64,000 nt of DNA from Devosiaceae bacterium (GCA_963667595.2 CAXXWD010000008.1:76237-140236); one strand, 5' to 3'; positions 1-10,610 are shown, numbered from the stretch's first letter. Translations and numbers: made by a program. Notes: a model not told the origin generated them from the letters alone.

Positions 1-730
1 GGAACGGCAGATGCTCGGGATCGTCGGAATTGACCACGGCAAAGCCGTCCGGGGATAAAAGATCGCGGAACAGCCTGAGCTTGGCCTCGCGGTATTCCGT
101 CATGTCGGCATGATAATCGAGATGATCGCGACTGAGATTGGTGTAGCCGACGGCCCGGAACATGTTGCCGTCAAGCCGGCGCTGGTCGAGCCCGTGGCTC
201 GACGCTTCCATGACCACATGGTTGATCCGGCCCGACGCCAGGGCGTTGAGGCTGCGATGAAGGGTTTCGGGATCGGGCGTCGTCAGCGAGCCCCTGACCA
301 TGCCCTTCGCGGTTTCGATGCCGATGGTTCCCATGCTGGCGCCGGAAATGCCGCTGGCCTGCCAGAGTTGCCGGACATAATTGACGACGCTGGTCTTGCC
401 GCTGGTTCCGGTCACCCCGACCAGCACGCGCGGCTGCGGCACCCAGAGGCGGGCCATGGCTCTGGCGAAAACCGCGCGGACATCGTTGACGACGACCTGC
501 GGTACGTCTCCGACATCATCCACCGGCTGGTCGCTGACAATGACGGCGGCGCCGTTTTTGGCCGCTATCGCGGCATAAACGGAACCATGGGTCCGGGTGC
601 CCGGCAGAGCAAAGAAGGCATCGCCCTGCCTGACAGTACGACTGTCGGCAGTGGCGCCCGAGATCGGCAAGACTCCGATCTCGGTCTCGGGCATGGCGTC
701 AGCAAGCAATTCCTTTAAAGAGAGCGTCAA
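1..730 (-). CDS. murE: UDP-N-acetylmuramoyl-L-alanyl-D-glutamate--2,6-diaminopimelate ligase, N-terminal part (gene runs off window start)
   Basis: Own minus-strand translation from TTG at 730 (ATG alternative at 694) gives ISGATADSRTVRQGDAFFALPG, VGVTGTSGKTS, MEASSHGL and NLSRDHLDYH. It lies directly downstream of ftsI, as in dcw clusters. It is absent from the ORF track because it has no stop in the window. Confidence 0.85.
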   Translation of the reverse strand, partial: MTLSLKELLADAMPETEIGVLPISGATADSRTVRQGDAFFALPGTRTHGSVYAAIAAKNGAAVIVSDQPVDDVGDVPQVVVNDVRAVFARAMARLWVPQPRVLVGVTGTSGKTSVVNYVRQLWQASGISGASMGTIGIETAKGMVRGSLTTPDPETLHRSLNALASGRINHVVMEASSHGLDQRRLDGNMFRAVGYTNLSRDHLDYHADMTEYREAKLRLFRDLLSPDGFAVVNSDDPEHLPF

Positions 731-745
731 TATCTGAAGTCCTCA

Positions 746-2491
746 TCAGTCTTGGTCGTTGGGCCGAAGCAATTCGGGAGGGATCAGAGCCTTGTCGATC
801 ATCTCGTCGAAATTCGGGTAAATATCAAGCATGGGCGCAACACGCGCAATCAGTCGGCCCGTCACCTCGCCGGCGTTCCAGCCCGCCGTTTCGCCCGAAT
901 GTTCGTTTTCCCGCTTCGGTTCGTCAACGAGAATAACCATGGCGTATTGCGGATCGTCGATGGGAAAGGCCGAGGCGAAGACGTTGAGATTGCGGTTGGA
1001 GACATATTTACCGTTCTCCACCTTTTCGGCAGTGCCGGTCTTGCCACCGATGCGATAGCCGTCCGCAAACTTGTTGGCGCGCGAACCCGATCCCTCCAAG
1101 GCATTGAGTCTCATGAGATAACGGATGCGCTCGCTCGTTTCCAGCGAGATCACGCGCTTGCCCAGTTCGGCGATCTGACCCGGCGAACGCGGATAAAGCG
1201 TCGCCGGTAAAAGCGTGCCGCCATTGACGAACGCCGCCACGGCCTGGGCCATGTGCAGCGGCGTGACCTGCAATCCGTGTCCAAAGGACGCAGTAGCCGC
1301 CACCACGTCGGAAAACTTGGCGGGGATGTTGGAAACAATCGTTTCAGGCAGTTCCACCTGCAGCGGATCGTCGAAACCGATCCGGGTCAGGAAGGCGCGG
1401 TAATTGTCCTTGCCCAGGGTCTGCATCATCTTGATGGTGCCGACATTGGACGAATACTTATAGATTTCCGGCACCTTGAGGATGCGATGCTTGCCGTGGA
1501 AATCGTCGATGGTATAGCGCCCGAACCGGATGCCGAAACGCGCGTCGAAACTGTCGGTCAGATTTACCGTGCCGGAATCGAGCGCCGCCGCAAAGGTGAC
1601 GGTCTTGAATGTCGAGCCAAGTTCGTAGCGCCCCAGCGTGATGCGATTGAACCGCTGATTCTTCTTATCCATCCACAGATCGGAAAACGAGGTCGGCGTA
1701 TTGGGATCGAAATCGGGCAGCGAAACCATGGCGACGATTTCGCCGGTATGGACATTGACCATGACGCCGGCGGCGGCAATGGCCTGGTAGCGGGTCAGCG
1801 CGTCGAGCAATTGCTCGCGCATGGCATGCTGCACCCGCGTGTCGATAGTCAAAGAGACCGGGGCGAGCATGCGATCGCGGGCGTAGCCAAGTTCCTGCAG
1901 GATGCCGACCTCGTCGCGATCGAGCCGGGCTTCGATGCCGGCCGTACCCTTGTTGTCGATATTGACCATGCCCATGACATGTGAAGCCTCGGACCCGCCG
2001 GGATAAAAACGCTGGCTTTCGGTGAGAAAATCCAGACCGGGAATGCCGAGTTTCAGGATGGCATCCTTCTGGGCCGGCGTCAGTTCGCGCTTGATCCAGA
2101 CGAACCCCTTGTCGCGGTTGAGCCGGTCGCGCAGCATGTTTTCGTCGAGATCGGGCAGAACCGAAAGGATGGCGGCGATCGCCCCCTCCTTGTCGACCAT
2201 GCGGTTGGGCTCGGCATAAAGCGAGGGCACGCGGATATCGAGCGCCATCTCCGTGCCGTTCCGGTCGAGAATGGCGGGCCGGGTCGCCGTGATCTCGTCG
2301 AGCGCCCTGCCTTCGATGTTCTGATCGGTGTCGATGCCGCCAAGCGTGACGAGCTTGATCACGATCAGGGCAAAGACAATGACGATGCCCAGCACCAGAA
2401 CGCGGATGCGCGTCCGGATCTGATTGCCACGCGCCTTGTGGACGCCGTCGAGCGCGATGGGGTCGAGCCCGGATGTGTCCAGTGTCGTCAT
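746..2491 (-). CDS. ftsI: Peptidoglycan D,D-transpeptidase FtsI (PBP3)
   Basis: ORF 746..2536. It has an N-terminal TM helix and the PBP motifs STFK (GSTFKTV), SSN (YSSNVG) and KTG (GGKTGTA). Start trimmed to the ATG at 2491, one nt after the ftsL stop; 2536 remains possible. Confidence 0.9.
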   Translation of the reverse strand: MTTLDTSGLDPIALDGVHKARGNQIRTRIRVLVLGIVIVFALIVIKLVTLGGIDTDQNIEGRALDEITATRPAILDRNGTEMALDIRVPSLYAEPNRMVDKEGAIAAILSVLPDLDENMLRDRLNRDKGFVWIKRELTPAQKDAILKLGIPGLDFLTESQRFYPGGSEASHVMGMVNIDNKGTAGIEARLDRDEVGILQELGYARDRMLAPVSLTIDTRVQHAMREQLLDALTRYQAIAAAGVMVNVHTGEIVAMVSLPDFDPNTPTSFSDLWMDKKNQRFNRITLGRYELGSTFKTVTFAAALDSGTVNLTDSFDARFGIRFGRYTIDDFHGKHRILKVPEIYKYSSNVGTIKMMQTLGKDNYRAFLTRIGFDDPLQVELPETIVSNIPAKFSDVVAATASFGHGLQVTPLHMAQAVAAFVNGGTLLPATLYPRSPGQIAELGKRVISLETSERIRYLMRLNALEGSGSRANKFADGYRIGGKTGTAEKVENGKYVSNRNLNVFASAFPIDDPQYAMVILVDEPKRENEHSGETAGWNAGEVTGRLIARVAPMLDIYPNFDEMIDKALIPPELLRPNDQD

Positions 2492-2492
2492 G

Positions 2493-2867
2493 TCAGTTGG
2501 CCTCGATAAGTGCCGCGATGGGATCGACGCCGGCATCGAGCGACTGAATAAGATCGGTCAACGCATCCGGATCGATCTCGGCCGGACGCATCGGCAGTTC
2601 ATCCAGAGACTTGAACTGCCTGGCGCTGATCACGGCGAGATTCAACGCCTCGGCATGGCGGGCGACGATCGGCTCGATACGGCCGGGTTGATTGACATAG
2701 ATCCAGTCCGCGCGCAGCAGGGACAGTTGATCTTCCTGCGCGGCGATCTGGGTCTGGAGTTCGACCCGCCGGCTGGCGACGCCTTCGGACTGGAATTTCA
2801 GCCCGTAGACCCCGATCAAAGCCACTGCGCAGGCCGCGGCCAGAATGACGTTGAGGACGCGGATCAT
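2493..2867 (-). CDS. ftsL: Cell division protein FtsL
   Basis: 124 aa with a single N-terminal TM helix. It sits between rsmH and ftsI, and its start overlaps the rsmH stop (ATGA). Confidence 0.8.
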   Translation of the reverse strand: MIRVLNVILAAACAVALIGVYGLKFQSEGVASRRVELQTQIAAQEDQLSLLRADWIYVNQPGRIEPIVARHAEALNLAVISARQFKSLDELPMRPAEIDPDALTDLIQSLDAGVDPIAALIEAN

Positions 2868-3871
2868 GCCGACCTCCCGGTACCGCTTTCCGGCTTCGCT
2901 CTCAGCGAAAACGGCACGCCGAGCCCCTTGGCGCTGACGGCGCGCGCCGGCGCCGCGGTGCGAACCGCCGCTCTGAGGGTCGCCGAACGGGCACGCGGAT
3001 TGGCGTCGGTTTCAGTTTTGCCGGCCCGGATCGGCTTGGCCACCGGATGCCAGCGCGGCGCTGCGACGGCGTTGGCCGGCGCGTAGCGCGAGCCGGCGTT
3101 TTCGTGCATCAAAAAACGCTTGACGATACGGTCTTCGAGCGAATGGAAGGTCACGACGGCCAGACGTCCGCCCTCGGTCAGCCCCCGTTCAGCGGCGAAC
3201 AGCCCGTCGACGAGCTCGTCGAGTTCGGCGTTGACCGCAATTCTCAGGGCCTGAAAGCTGCGCGTTGCCGGGTGAATGTCGCCTTTCTTGCGTCCGAGTG
3301 TTTTTTCGATGAGACCCGCCAGGGCGCCGGTGGTGGTAATCGGCCCGCTTTTACGCGCATCGACAATAGCGGCGGCGATGCGGCGGGCCTGGCGCTCTTC
3401 GCCGAACCCGAACAAAAGATCGCTGAGCGCGCGTTCGTCGAGCGCATTCACCAGATCGGCGGCGCTTTCGCCCGTTTTGCTCATGCGCATGTCGAGCGGT
3501 CCGTCGCGCAGAAAGGAAAAGCCGCGTTCGGCCATATCGATCTGCATGGAGGAAACGCCGATATCGAGAACCACGCCATCCATCCCGGAACCGGCCAGCG
3601 TATCGAGCTGACCGAAACGGCCCGGATGAAACCGGAAACGGGACGGAAAATCGGCTTCGAGCGCTGTTGCGAACCCCGCAACGCCCGGATCGCGATCGAT
3701 CGCGGTCACATCGGCGCCCCGTTCGAGCAGGGCGAGCGAATAGCCGCCGGCGCCGAAGGTGCCATCGACGACACGCGCACCCGCAAGCGGATCGAGCGCC
3801 GTCAGCACCTCGTCAAGAAGAACCGGAACATGCGGGCTTTCGTGCCGGATACCCTGGGAAGACTCGCCCAT
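2864..3871 (-). CDS. rsmH: 16S rRNA (cytosine1402-N4)-methyltransferase RsmH (MraW)
   Basis: 335 aa. HVPVLLDEV and the DGTFGAGGYS SAM motif are present. First visible gene of the dcw operon. Confidence 0.92.
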   Translation of the reverse strand: MGESSQGIRHESPHVPVLLDEVLTALDPLAGARVVDGTFGAGGYSLALLERGADVTAIDRDPGVAGFATALEADFPSRFRFHPGRFGQLDTLAGSGMDGVVLDIGVSSMQIDMAERGFSFLRDGPLDMRMSKTGESAADLVNALDERALSDLLFGFGEERQARRIAAAIVDARKSGPITTTGALAGLIEKTLGRKKGDIHPATRSFQALRIAVNAELDELVDGLFAAERGLTEGGRLAVVTFHSLEDRIVKRFLMHENAGSRYAPANAVAAPRWHPVAKPIRAGKTETDANPRARSATLRAAVRTAAPARAVSAKGLGVPFSLRAKPESGTGRSA

Positions 3872-4026
3872 AATCGAAACGCAACTCCACTCGATCCCAA
3901 AGCTGGCACGTCCTCACGCGCCAAGAACCGACGTCTGGTAAAGAATGCATGTCGACGCTTAAGATTGTGTTTCCCATGGGGCCGCGAAACGACGGACGTT
4001 TGATGGAAAAACCGGCGAAAAAAACG

Positions 4027-4473
4027 CTAGATCGAGGAGATAATCGATTCCACGAAGGTCCGGTCCTGACCATAGGACGGCGTCCTGTGGGTATTCATGT
4101 CGACGAGCTTGCCATCTTCAAGGCCGTAAAGAATGTCGTCGGTCACCTTGCCGTTCTTGTCGAAATAGACGGCAAGGACCCGCCGCTCCTTCGGAATTCT
4201 CAATCCGAAAGCGGTTCGGTCGACCTTGGTCTCGACATAATAGAAGGCGGTCTGTTCGCCGAACGTATTCGTCGCCTGGGGAGAACCGAGCACGGCGACG
4301 ACAAGATCGACGCTCTGGCCGGGCCGTATCTGCTGCAGGGCACTGTCCGAAATGACGTAGCCCTCGGTGCGGTGGGCGACAAAGGCTCCGGTTGAACAGC
4401 CAGCAAGGCCTAATCCGAGACCAAGAGCCGCAACGAGTTTCAGTGTCTGCCGCCGCGTGCTGTCCGTGACCAT
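4027..4473 (-). CDS. bamE: Outer membrane protein assembly factor BamE (SmpA/OmlA lipoprotein)
   Basis: C-terminal 148 aa of ORF 4027..5187. It has a lipobox (LGLAGCST) and the SmpA/OmlA-like core ISDSALQQIRPGQS..VLGSP. Start set at the ATG at 4473; the long upstream extension overlaps a plus-strand gene. Confidence 0.8.
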   Translation of the reverse strand: MVTDSTRRQTLKLVAALGLGLGLAGCSTGAFVAHRTEGYVISDSALQQIRPGQSVDLVVAVLGSPQATNTFGEQTAFYYVETKVDRTAFGLRIPKERRVLAVYFDKNGKVTDDILYGLEDGKLVDMNTHRTPSYGQDRTFVESIISSI

Positions 4474-4623
4474 GGAATTGACTTCTCCACCCACACTCAT
4501 TATGCCCGCCTGCTGCGGGACGGGCCGAGGCATGTGTAGCCGGCAAACACGCGATCTGGCAAGCTCGCTCGCGTAAGCCTGTCGTATCGAACGACACCGG
4601 TCCCACCGTTTCCGGGAGTCGCC

Positions 4624-5151
4624 ATGACCTGGTTCCTCAATCGAAAGCCACGCATCGGCGGTACCCATTACGCCCTCTACGGCGCTATTGTGGCGCAATC
4701 CCGGCGACCGGTTTTTTATGCGGAATGGGGCGTGCCCGACACGGTCACGGGGCGCTTCGACATGGTCAGCCTTCACATGGCGCTGGTTTTGAGGCGTCTG
4801 CAACAGGACGGTCCGGCCCATGCGGATTTTGCCCAAGCCCTGTTCGATCTGTTTTTCAAGGATATGGACCGTTCGCTGAGGGAAATGGGCGTGGGCGACG
4901 TTTCCGTTCCCAAACGCATCGAGAAAATGGGGGGCCTGTTCTACGGGCTCGTCGAGGCCCTCAACACCGCGCTTGACGGTGAAACCAACGACGCGCTCGA
5001 AAAAATGCTCGTTCGCGACATCCTGCCCGACAATCAGATCGCGGGCGCGCCGCATCTTGCCGCCTATCTTCGCGAAAAAACCGACCGGCTTCAGCGCATG
5101 TCGGCATCTGACCTCGCTGAGGGCAAACTGGACTGGGGTGAAACGGAATGA
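4624..5151 (+). CDS. Ubiquinol-cytochrome c chaperone (Cbp3-like) family protein
   Basis: 175 aa. FDMVSLHMALVLRRL...FKDMDRSLREMGVGD is typical of the family, which neighbours yceD/plsX in alphaproteobacteria. Confidence 0.7.
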   Translation: MTWFLNRKPRIGGTHYALYGAIVAQSRRPVFYAEWGVPDTVTGRFDMVSLHMALVLRRLQQDGPAHADFAQALFDLFFKDMDRSLREMGVGDVSVPKRIEKMGGLFYGLVEALNTALDGETNDALEKMLVRDILPDNQIAGAPHLAAYLREKTDRLQRMSASDLAEGKLDWGETE

Positions 5152-5696
5152 CCGCCCATCGCAACGACGCGCCGCTGCTCGACGCAAGCATCAGGATCGA
5201 TTCCCTGCCCCTTTCCGGCCGGCATGTCTCGGTCGCCGCCGATGAGGATCAGCGCGCCGCCATCGCCGAACGGCTCGACATTCTGTCCGTCGACGCCCTG
5301 AGTGCCGAGTTGACGGCCCGTCCGCTTCGGGGGGGCATCGAGGTCAGCGGGCAGTTGAAAGCGGATGTGACCCAGGCCTGCGTCGTCAGTTTCGATCCGG
5401 TTCCCGAGCATATCGAGGAAGACCTGTTCCGCCTGTTCCTCCACAGCGCGGAAGCTGAACCCGATCCGGTTTCCGGCGCCGAAATCTATGTCGATCTCGA
5501 CGGCGACGACCTGCCGGATCACTTCGACGGACCGGAGGCCGATCTCAGCGAATGGCTGATCGAGGTTTTGTCTCTGGCGCTCGATCCTTACCCGCGCAAG
5601 CCCGGCGCCGAGGTCGATCCGGCCTATGTCGATACCGAATCCGACCCCGATTCGCCGTTCGACATGCTCAAGGCCCTGAAAGCGACAAAGGATTGA
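5148..5696 (+). CDS. yceD: YceD/DUF177 family protein
   Basis: 182 aa, acidic C-terminus, located upstream of plsX. The start overlaps the preceding stop (ATGA). Confidence 0.75.
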   Translation: MTAHRNDAPLLDASIRIDSLPLSGRHVSVAADEDQRAAIAERLDILSVDALSAELTARPLRGGIEVSGQLKADVTQACVVSFDPVPEHIEEDLFRLFLHSAEAEPDPVSGAEIYVDLDGDDLPDHFDGPEADLSEWLIEVLSLALDPYPRKPGAEVDPAYVDTESDPDSPFDMLKALKATKD

Positions 5697-5829
5697 CGCA
5701 CGGCTCCTGAAGCCATAGTGCCTCATGCTGAACTGAACTATGGATTGAACGCGGGTGCGAGCCCGCGGCAGTTTTTTTGCGGGTCATCCGGAGCGCCACG
5801 TCCCGGAACGCGGAAGGAATTGAACATAG

Positions 5830-6897
5830 ATGAGTGGAACGATCAGGCTTTCGGTGGACGCGATGGGCGGCGACAATGGCCCGCGCATCGTGTTGCGTGG
5901 CGCCGAAATGGCGTTGCGGGACCGTGGCAATGTCGAGTTCCTGTTTCATGGACCGAGCGATGTGCTCGACCCGCTCCTCAACGAATTTCCCCTTTTGAAA
6001 ACGGTTTCGACCGTTCGACACGCCGAAACCGTGATCTCCATGGATGAAAAGCCAAGCCAGGCGCTCAGGAAGGGACGCAACAAGTCTTCGATGTGGTCGG
6101 CGCTTCAGGCCGTCAAGGATGGCGAAGCCGATGCCGCCGTGTCCTGTGGCAATACCGGCGCGCTGATGGCCATGGCCACCTTCTGCCTGAAACCGATGGA
6201 AGGCATTTCCCGCCCTGCCATCGCCGCCATCTGGCCAACCCTCAGGGCCGACATCATCGTACTCGACGTCGGCGCGACGGTCGGCGGCGACGCCCAGCAA
6301 CTGGTCGATTTCTCCATTCTCGGCGCGGCTCTGGCTCGCGCCCTTTTTGATGCGGAATCGCCGAGCATCGGCCTGCTCAATGTCGGGGTCGAAGAAGTCA
6401 AGGGGCTTGAAACCGTCAAGGAAGCGGCGCGCATCCTCAACGCCCATACCGATGCCGGCTTCACCTATCACGGATTCGTCGAAGGCGACGACATCGGCAA
6501 GGGAACGGTCGACGTGGTAGTGACGGAAGGCTTCACCGGCAATATCGCGCTGAAATCGGCCGAAGGCACGGCGCGTCAGGTCGGCACCTATCTGAAGAAT
6601 GCTCTCAAGGCCAATTTCATGTCGCGGGTCGGGGCCCTCTTCGCCCTGCAGGCCTTAAGGGCTCTCAGCCGCAAGATGGACCCCCGCACCGTCAATGGCG
6701 GCGTGTTTCTCGGCCTCAACGGCGTTGTCATCAAGAGTCATGGCGGCACCGACGAAGTCGGATTCAACAGCGCCCTTGGCCTCGCCTACGAAATGGGCCG
6801 CAGCCGGCTGATCGACAAGATTGGCAACGGCCTGGCCAAATTCCGTCAAACAGAAGATCAAACAGCAACCGAACAAAAAGAGGCTGGACCAGCGTGA
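5830..6897 (+). CDS. plsX: Phosphate acyltransferase PlsX
   Basis: 355 aa. [12 protein letters not shown] at the N-terminus, and plsX-fabH synteny. Confidence 0.92.
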   Translation: MSGTIRLSVDAMGGDNGPRIVLRGAEMALRDRGNVEFLFHGPSDVLDPLLNEFPLLKTVSTVRHAETVISMDEKPSQALRKGRNKSSMWSALQAVKDGEADAAVSCGNTGALMAMATFCLKPMEGISRPAIAAIWPTLRADIIVLDVGATVGGDAQQLVDFSILGAALARALFDAESPSIGLLNVGVEEVKGLETVKEAARILNAHTDAGFTYHGFVEGDDIGKGTVDVVVTEGFTGNIALKSAEGTARQVGTYLKNALKANFMSRVGALFALQALRALSRKMDPRTVNGGVFLGLNGVVIKSHGGTDEVGFNSALGLAYEMGRSRLIDKIGNGLAKFRQTEDQTATEQKEAGPA

Positions 6898-7868
6898 GCC
6901 CACTCAAATCCATCGTTCGCGGCGTCGGCGGTTATCTGCCTGAACGCGTGCTGACCAATGACGAACTGGCCAAAATGGTCGACACCTCCGACGAATGGAT
7001 CACGCAGCGCACCGGCATCCGCCAGCGCCATGTCGCGGCGGAAGGTGAAGTGACCTCCGATCTGGCGACACGCGCCGCCGAACGGGCTCTTGCCAATGCC
7101 GGCATGACGCCGGCCGACATCGACCTCATCGTGCTGGCCACATCGACCTCGGACATGACCTTTCCGGCCACCGCGACGCTGGTGCAGAACAAGCTCGGCA
7201 TCACCCAGGGCGCGGCCTTCGACGTACAGGCGGTGTGCTCGGGATTTGTCTATGCGCTGGCGACGGCGGATTCCTACCTGAAGAACGGACTGGGCACGCG
7301 TGCCCTGGTCATTGGCGCCGAGACCTTCTCGCGTATCCTCGACTGGACCGACCGCGGCACCTGCGTGTTGTTCGGCGATGGCGCCGGCGCCATGGTGATC
7401 GAAGCGGTTCCGGAAACAAAAGCCGACGGACGCGGGATATTGCAGTCCTCGCTGAGGGCCGACGGCACCCATTGGGAAAAGCTTTATGTGGACGGCGGCC
7501 CCTCCTCCACCCAGACGGTCGGCCATCTGCGCATGAGCGGGCGCGAGGTCTTCAAGCACGCGGTCGGCATGATTTCCGACGTCATCGAGGACACGTTGGC
7601 CAAGACCGGCAACACCACCGCCGAGATCGACTGGTTCGTTCCCCATCAGGCCAACCTCCGCATCATCGAAGGCGCCGGCAGGAAACTCCACATCCCGTCC
7701 GAGAAGACCATCATCACCGTCGACAAGCACGCCAACACCTCGGCCGCCTCCGTTCCCCTGGCCCTTGCGCTCGGCGTCGAGGACGGCCGTATCAAGCCGG
7801 GCGACCTCGTCATGCTCGAAGCCATGGGCGGTGGATTTACCTGGGGCGCCTCTCTGGTACGCTGGTAA
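6894..7868 (+). CDS. fabH: Beta-ketoacyl-ACP synthase III
   Basis: 324 aa. GTG start overlaps the plsX stop. Active-site context [24 protein letters not shown]. Confidence 0.92.
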   Translation: MSPLKSIVRGVGGYLPERVLTNDELAKMVDTSDEWITQRTGIRQRHVAAEGEVTSDLATRAAERALANAGMTPADIDLIVLATSTSDMTFPATATLVQNKLGITQGAAFDVQAVCSGFVYALATADSYLKNGLGTRALVIGAETFSRILDWTDRGTCVLFGDGAGAMVIEAVPETKADGRGILQSSLRADGTHWEKLYVDGGPSSTQTVGHLRMSGREVFKHAVGMISDVIEDTLAKTGNTTAEIDWFVPHQANLRIIEGAGRKLHIPSEKTIITVDKHANTSAASVPLALALGVEDGRIKPGDLVMLEAMGGGFTWGASLVRW

Positions 7869-8022
7869 AAAAAGAGGATTCGATCTCGGTTTGTCCACCA
7901 TACGGGACTCTATCAGGAGACCGGCAGACCCCAGATTGACCGAAACCGCTAAGCAGCCTAATGTTTTACGACGGGTTGGCGGTGACCCGGCACACGACCC
8001 ATAGAGGTCGAATGGAGGGAAT

Positions 8023-8334
8023 ATGGCGAACAGAACGGTGACCCGCGCTGATCTGGCCGAGGCGGTTTACCAGTCCGTTGGCCTGTCGCGTACCGAGTCT
8101 GCGGAGCTGGTCGAGCGTGTGCTCGATCTGATCTGCGATTCCCTGGTCGACGGCGACAACGTAAAATTGTCTTCGTTTGGTTCGTTTCAGGTACGTGCGA
8201 AGAACCAACGGATCGGACGAAACCCGAAGACCGGCGAGGAGGTACCAATCCTTCCCCGGCAGGTTCTTGTGTTCAAACCCAGCAACGTGTTGAAGACCAA
8301 GATCAACAAATCTATGGTTGGCTCTGGGAAATAA
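8023..8334 (+). CDS. ihfA: Integration host factor subunit alpha
   Basis: 103 aa of HU/IHF fold: [28 protein letters not shown]. Confidence 0.9.
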   Translation: MANRTVTRADLAEAVYQSVGLSRTESAELVERVLDLICDSLVDGDNVKLSSFGSFQVRAKNQRIGRNPKTGEEVPILPRQVLVFKPSNVLKTKINKSMVGSGK

Positions 8335-8358
8335 GGGCTAATCACCAGGGGCGCAGGT

Positions 8359-8790
8359 TTGGACAAGTCGCCGGATGCGTTTAGAACGATCTCGGAAGCG
8401 GCGGACGAGCTCGGATTGCCCCAGCACGTCCTCAGGTTTTGGGAAACGCGATTCGCGCATTTGAAGCCGCTCAAGCGCGGCGGTGGCCGGCGGTATTATC
8501 GTCCGGACGATATCCTGCTTCTCAAGGGCATCCGCTACCTGCTTTACGATCAGGGCTTTACCATCAAGGGGGTGCAGCGCATCCTCAAGGATCAGGGCGT
8601 CCGACAAGTCGTTGCCATTGGCCAGGCCGAATCCCTGGAAGGCGTCGAGGATGTCGTCGAAGCCTTGTCGCTGCCCGACGCGGCCTCGAATCCGGCCCTC
8701 AGCGACGACGACCGCAAAAAGCTCAACGACGTGTTGAAAACGCTGCTCGAATGCAAGCGCGCGCTCGATGATGCCCGGGACGGGCACTGA
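8359..8790 (+). CDS. MerR family transcriptional regulator
   Basis: 143 aa. N-terminal MerR HTH ([25 protein letters not shown]). Conserved partner downstream of ihfA in alphaproteobacteria. Confidence 0.8.
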   Translation: MDKSPDAFRTISEAADELGLPQHVLRFWETRFAHLKPLKRGGGRRYYRPDDILLLKGIRYLLYDQGFTIKGVQRILKDQGVRQVVAIGQAESLEGVEDVVEALSLPDAASNPALSDDDRKKLNDVLKTLLECKRALDDARDGH

Positions 8791-8811
8791 ACCGATTCTC
8801 CTGAAGGGAAA

Positions 8812-8888
8812 TGGTCGGAGCGGCGGGATTTGAACCCACGACCCACAGTCCCCCAGACTGTTGCGCTACCAGACTGCGCTACGCCCCG
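8812..8888 (-). tRNA. tRNA-Pro (anticodon GGG)
   Basis: The reverse complement folds by hand as a cloverleaf. Acceptor is CGGGGCG/CGCTCCG (one G-U pair), anticodon stem ACAGT/ACTGT with loop CTGGGGG, T arm GTGGG-TTCAAAT-CCCGC, and an encoded CCA. Confidence 0.85.
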
Positions 8889-8890
8889 AC

Positions 8891-8998
8891 TGGAGCGTGT
8901 CCCAGGAAAAGTGGAAACGGTTTTCCGGTTCGGGACACGCGACAAACTAAAAAACTGGAGCAGGTTGATCGGTTCGACCTGAACCAGACCTGTTCCAG
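8891..8998 (+). repeat. Two-hairpin intergenic repeat (RIME-like family), copy 1
   Basis: Hairpin 1 has stem GCGTGTCCC (8895-8903) / GGGACACGC (8932-8940) around the core AAAAGTGGAAACGGTTTTCC. Hairpin 2 is CTGGAGCAGGT (8955-8965) / ACCTGTTCCAG (8988-8998). Confidence 0.75.
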
Positions 8999-9095
8999 CA
9001 GCGGTTGGTAATCGGTTTTGACGGCGTGTGCAAGTGTGCGTCTTTGATCTCCTGCCCGGTTTGTACCGAATGAGGCGTAATCTTTTACTATTATC

Positions 9096-10106
9096 GTGGA
9101 CTTTCGAAAAACGCGCTTCGGGAACCCAACCATACCCATGAGCTCACTTGCCGACCAACTGAACCGATGGCCCATTTCGCCGCCTGTTTCGCTGATCCCG
9201 ACCCAACGGTCGGAGAACCGCGTCTTTCACGTCGTTGACAGCGACGCCCGACGCTTCATTCTGAGGGTCCATCGGCCGGGCTATCACGATGTCGAGGCCA
9301 TTCGTTCGGAACTCGACTGGATCATGGCGCTCGGACGCGACACCAGCGTGCTCGTTCCCACGATCGTCTTGACGCGCGACGGCGCGCCTATCGCGCAATT
9401 GGATGAGTCGGCCGGTTGCGCGCCCTGCCTTGCCGTCCTGTTCGACGAACATCCCGGCGACCTGCCGGACGAAACCGACCCGCGCCTGCCCGAGATTTTC
9501 GAAGCGCTCGGCGAAACGGCGGCGCAATGTCATCTGCATGCGCTCGGCTGGACGCCGCCGCCCGGCTTTTCCCGTCCGAGCTGGACGATCTCCAACATGC
9601 TCGATCCAGGCGCCATCTGGGGCAACTGGCGCAATGAGCCGGATCTCGATGCGGCGGATATCGCGGTGCTCGGCGAGGCCCAATCCTGGCTCAAACGTCA
9701 ATTCAGGGGGTATGGCGAAGACAACAGGCGGTTCGGCCTCATTCACAACGACATGCGGCCGTCCAATTTCCTCTGGCACGAGAACAGGCTGCGTCTGATC
9801 GATTTCGACGATTGCGGCTTCGGCTGGTTTGTCGCCGACTTCGCCGCGTCCGTATCCTGGTTCGAAACCGATCCGCGCCTGCCGAGCCTGTTCCGACGCT
9901 GGCGGACCGGCTACGAGCGCCACCGCCCGCTCGACAGCGACGATATCGCCAGTGTCGACGCGGCCGTCATGGCCCGCCGCATGCTCCTTCTCGCCTGGAG
10001 CGTTTCGCGTGCCGATACCGATCTGGCGGAATTGCGGGCCAAGGGCTTCGCCGAGGATACTGTGGCGCTGGCGCGACGCTTTCTCGATGGCGAGGCGCTG
10101 GTTTGA
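9096..10106 (+). CDS. Phosphotransferase (aminoglycoside/choline kinase-like, APH) family protein
   Basis: 336 aa. Kinase catalytic loop HNDMRPSNFL and IDFDD motif. The start may be the internal ATG at 9138. Confidence 0.7.
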   Translation: MDFRKTRFGNPTIPMSSLADQLNRWPISPPVSLIPTQRSENRVFHVVDSDARRFILRVHRPGYHDVEAIRSELDWIMALGRDTSVLVPTIVLTRDGAPIAQLDESAGCAPCLAVLFDEHPGDLPDETDPRLPEIFEALGETAAQCHLHALGWTPPPGFSRPSWTISNMLDPGAIWGNWRNEPDLDAADIAVLGEAQSWLKRQFRGYGEDNRRFGLIHNDMRPSNFLWHENRLRLIDFDDCGFGWFVADFAASVSWFETDPRLPSLFRRWRTGYERHRPLDSDDIASVDAAVMARRMLLLAWSVSRADTDLAELRAKGFAEDTVALARRFLDGEALV

Positions 10107-10128
10107 AACCGTCCGGGCCCGATTCGGC

Positions 10129-10608
10129 TCAGGCCCGGTCGCCCAGCCGCTTGACGATGGCGTCGAGCACGCCATTGACCAGGCCGGGCACCTCGCCCTC
10201 GTAGAAGGCGCGCGAAATATCCAGATATTCGGAGATGACCACGCGGGCCGGAATATCGGGCCGCTTGAGCAGTTCGAACACGGCGGCCCTCAAGATGGCC
10301 CTCAACGTCGCGTCGATGCGCGTGACCGGCCAGTCCGAAGGCAGGCTGGCATCGATCATCGGGTCGATATCGAGCTGTGCCGCAACGACGCCCTTGACGA
10401 TCTGGCCGAAGAAATCGGCATCGGCCGGCAGGTATTGTTCGCCCTCGACTTCCTGGCCGAGCAGATCCCTGGAAAAGCTGGCGATCGTGTCTTCGAGCGA
10501 AACCCCGCCGACATCCATCTGATAGAGTGCCTGCACGGCGCCGAGACGTGCGGCGCCGCGTTGATTGGCATGTCGAACCGGTGTTTCGTCTTTGAGGTGA
10601 TCAGCCAT
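10129..10608 (-). CDS. nusB: Transcription antitermination factor NusB
   Basis: 159 aa. ARLGAVQALYQMD at the N-terminus, typical NusB. Confidence 0.9.
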   Translation of the reverse strand: MADHLKDETPVRHANQRGAARLGAVQALYQMDVGGVSLEDTIASFSRDLLGQEVEGEQYLPADADFFGQIVKGVVAAQLDIDPMIDASLPSDWPVTRIDATLRAILRAAVFELLKRPDIPARVVISEYLDISRAFYEGEVPGLVNGVLDAIVKRLGDRA

Positions 10609-10610
10609 CT

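Noticed and set aside
110-718. Plus-strand ORF of 202 aa at the window start.
   Set aside because: It is antisense to a clear murE reading frame that carries the Mur-ligase P-loop and MurE motifs.
4474-5187. Upstream extension of ORF 4027..5187, which would give a 386-aa product.
   Set aside because: It overlaps the plus-strand Cbp3-like gene. Only the last 148 aa look like a lipoprotein (BamE) with a lipobox.
5751-5783. Possible terminator after yceD (GCGGG-TGCGAG-CCCGC GGCAGTTTTTTTGCGGG).
   Set aside because: The stem is only 5 bp, two alternative pairings compete, and the T-tract is offset. It is too ambiguous to list as a feature.
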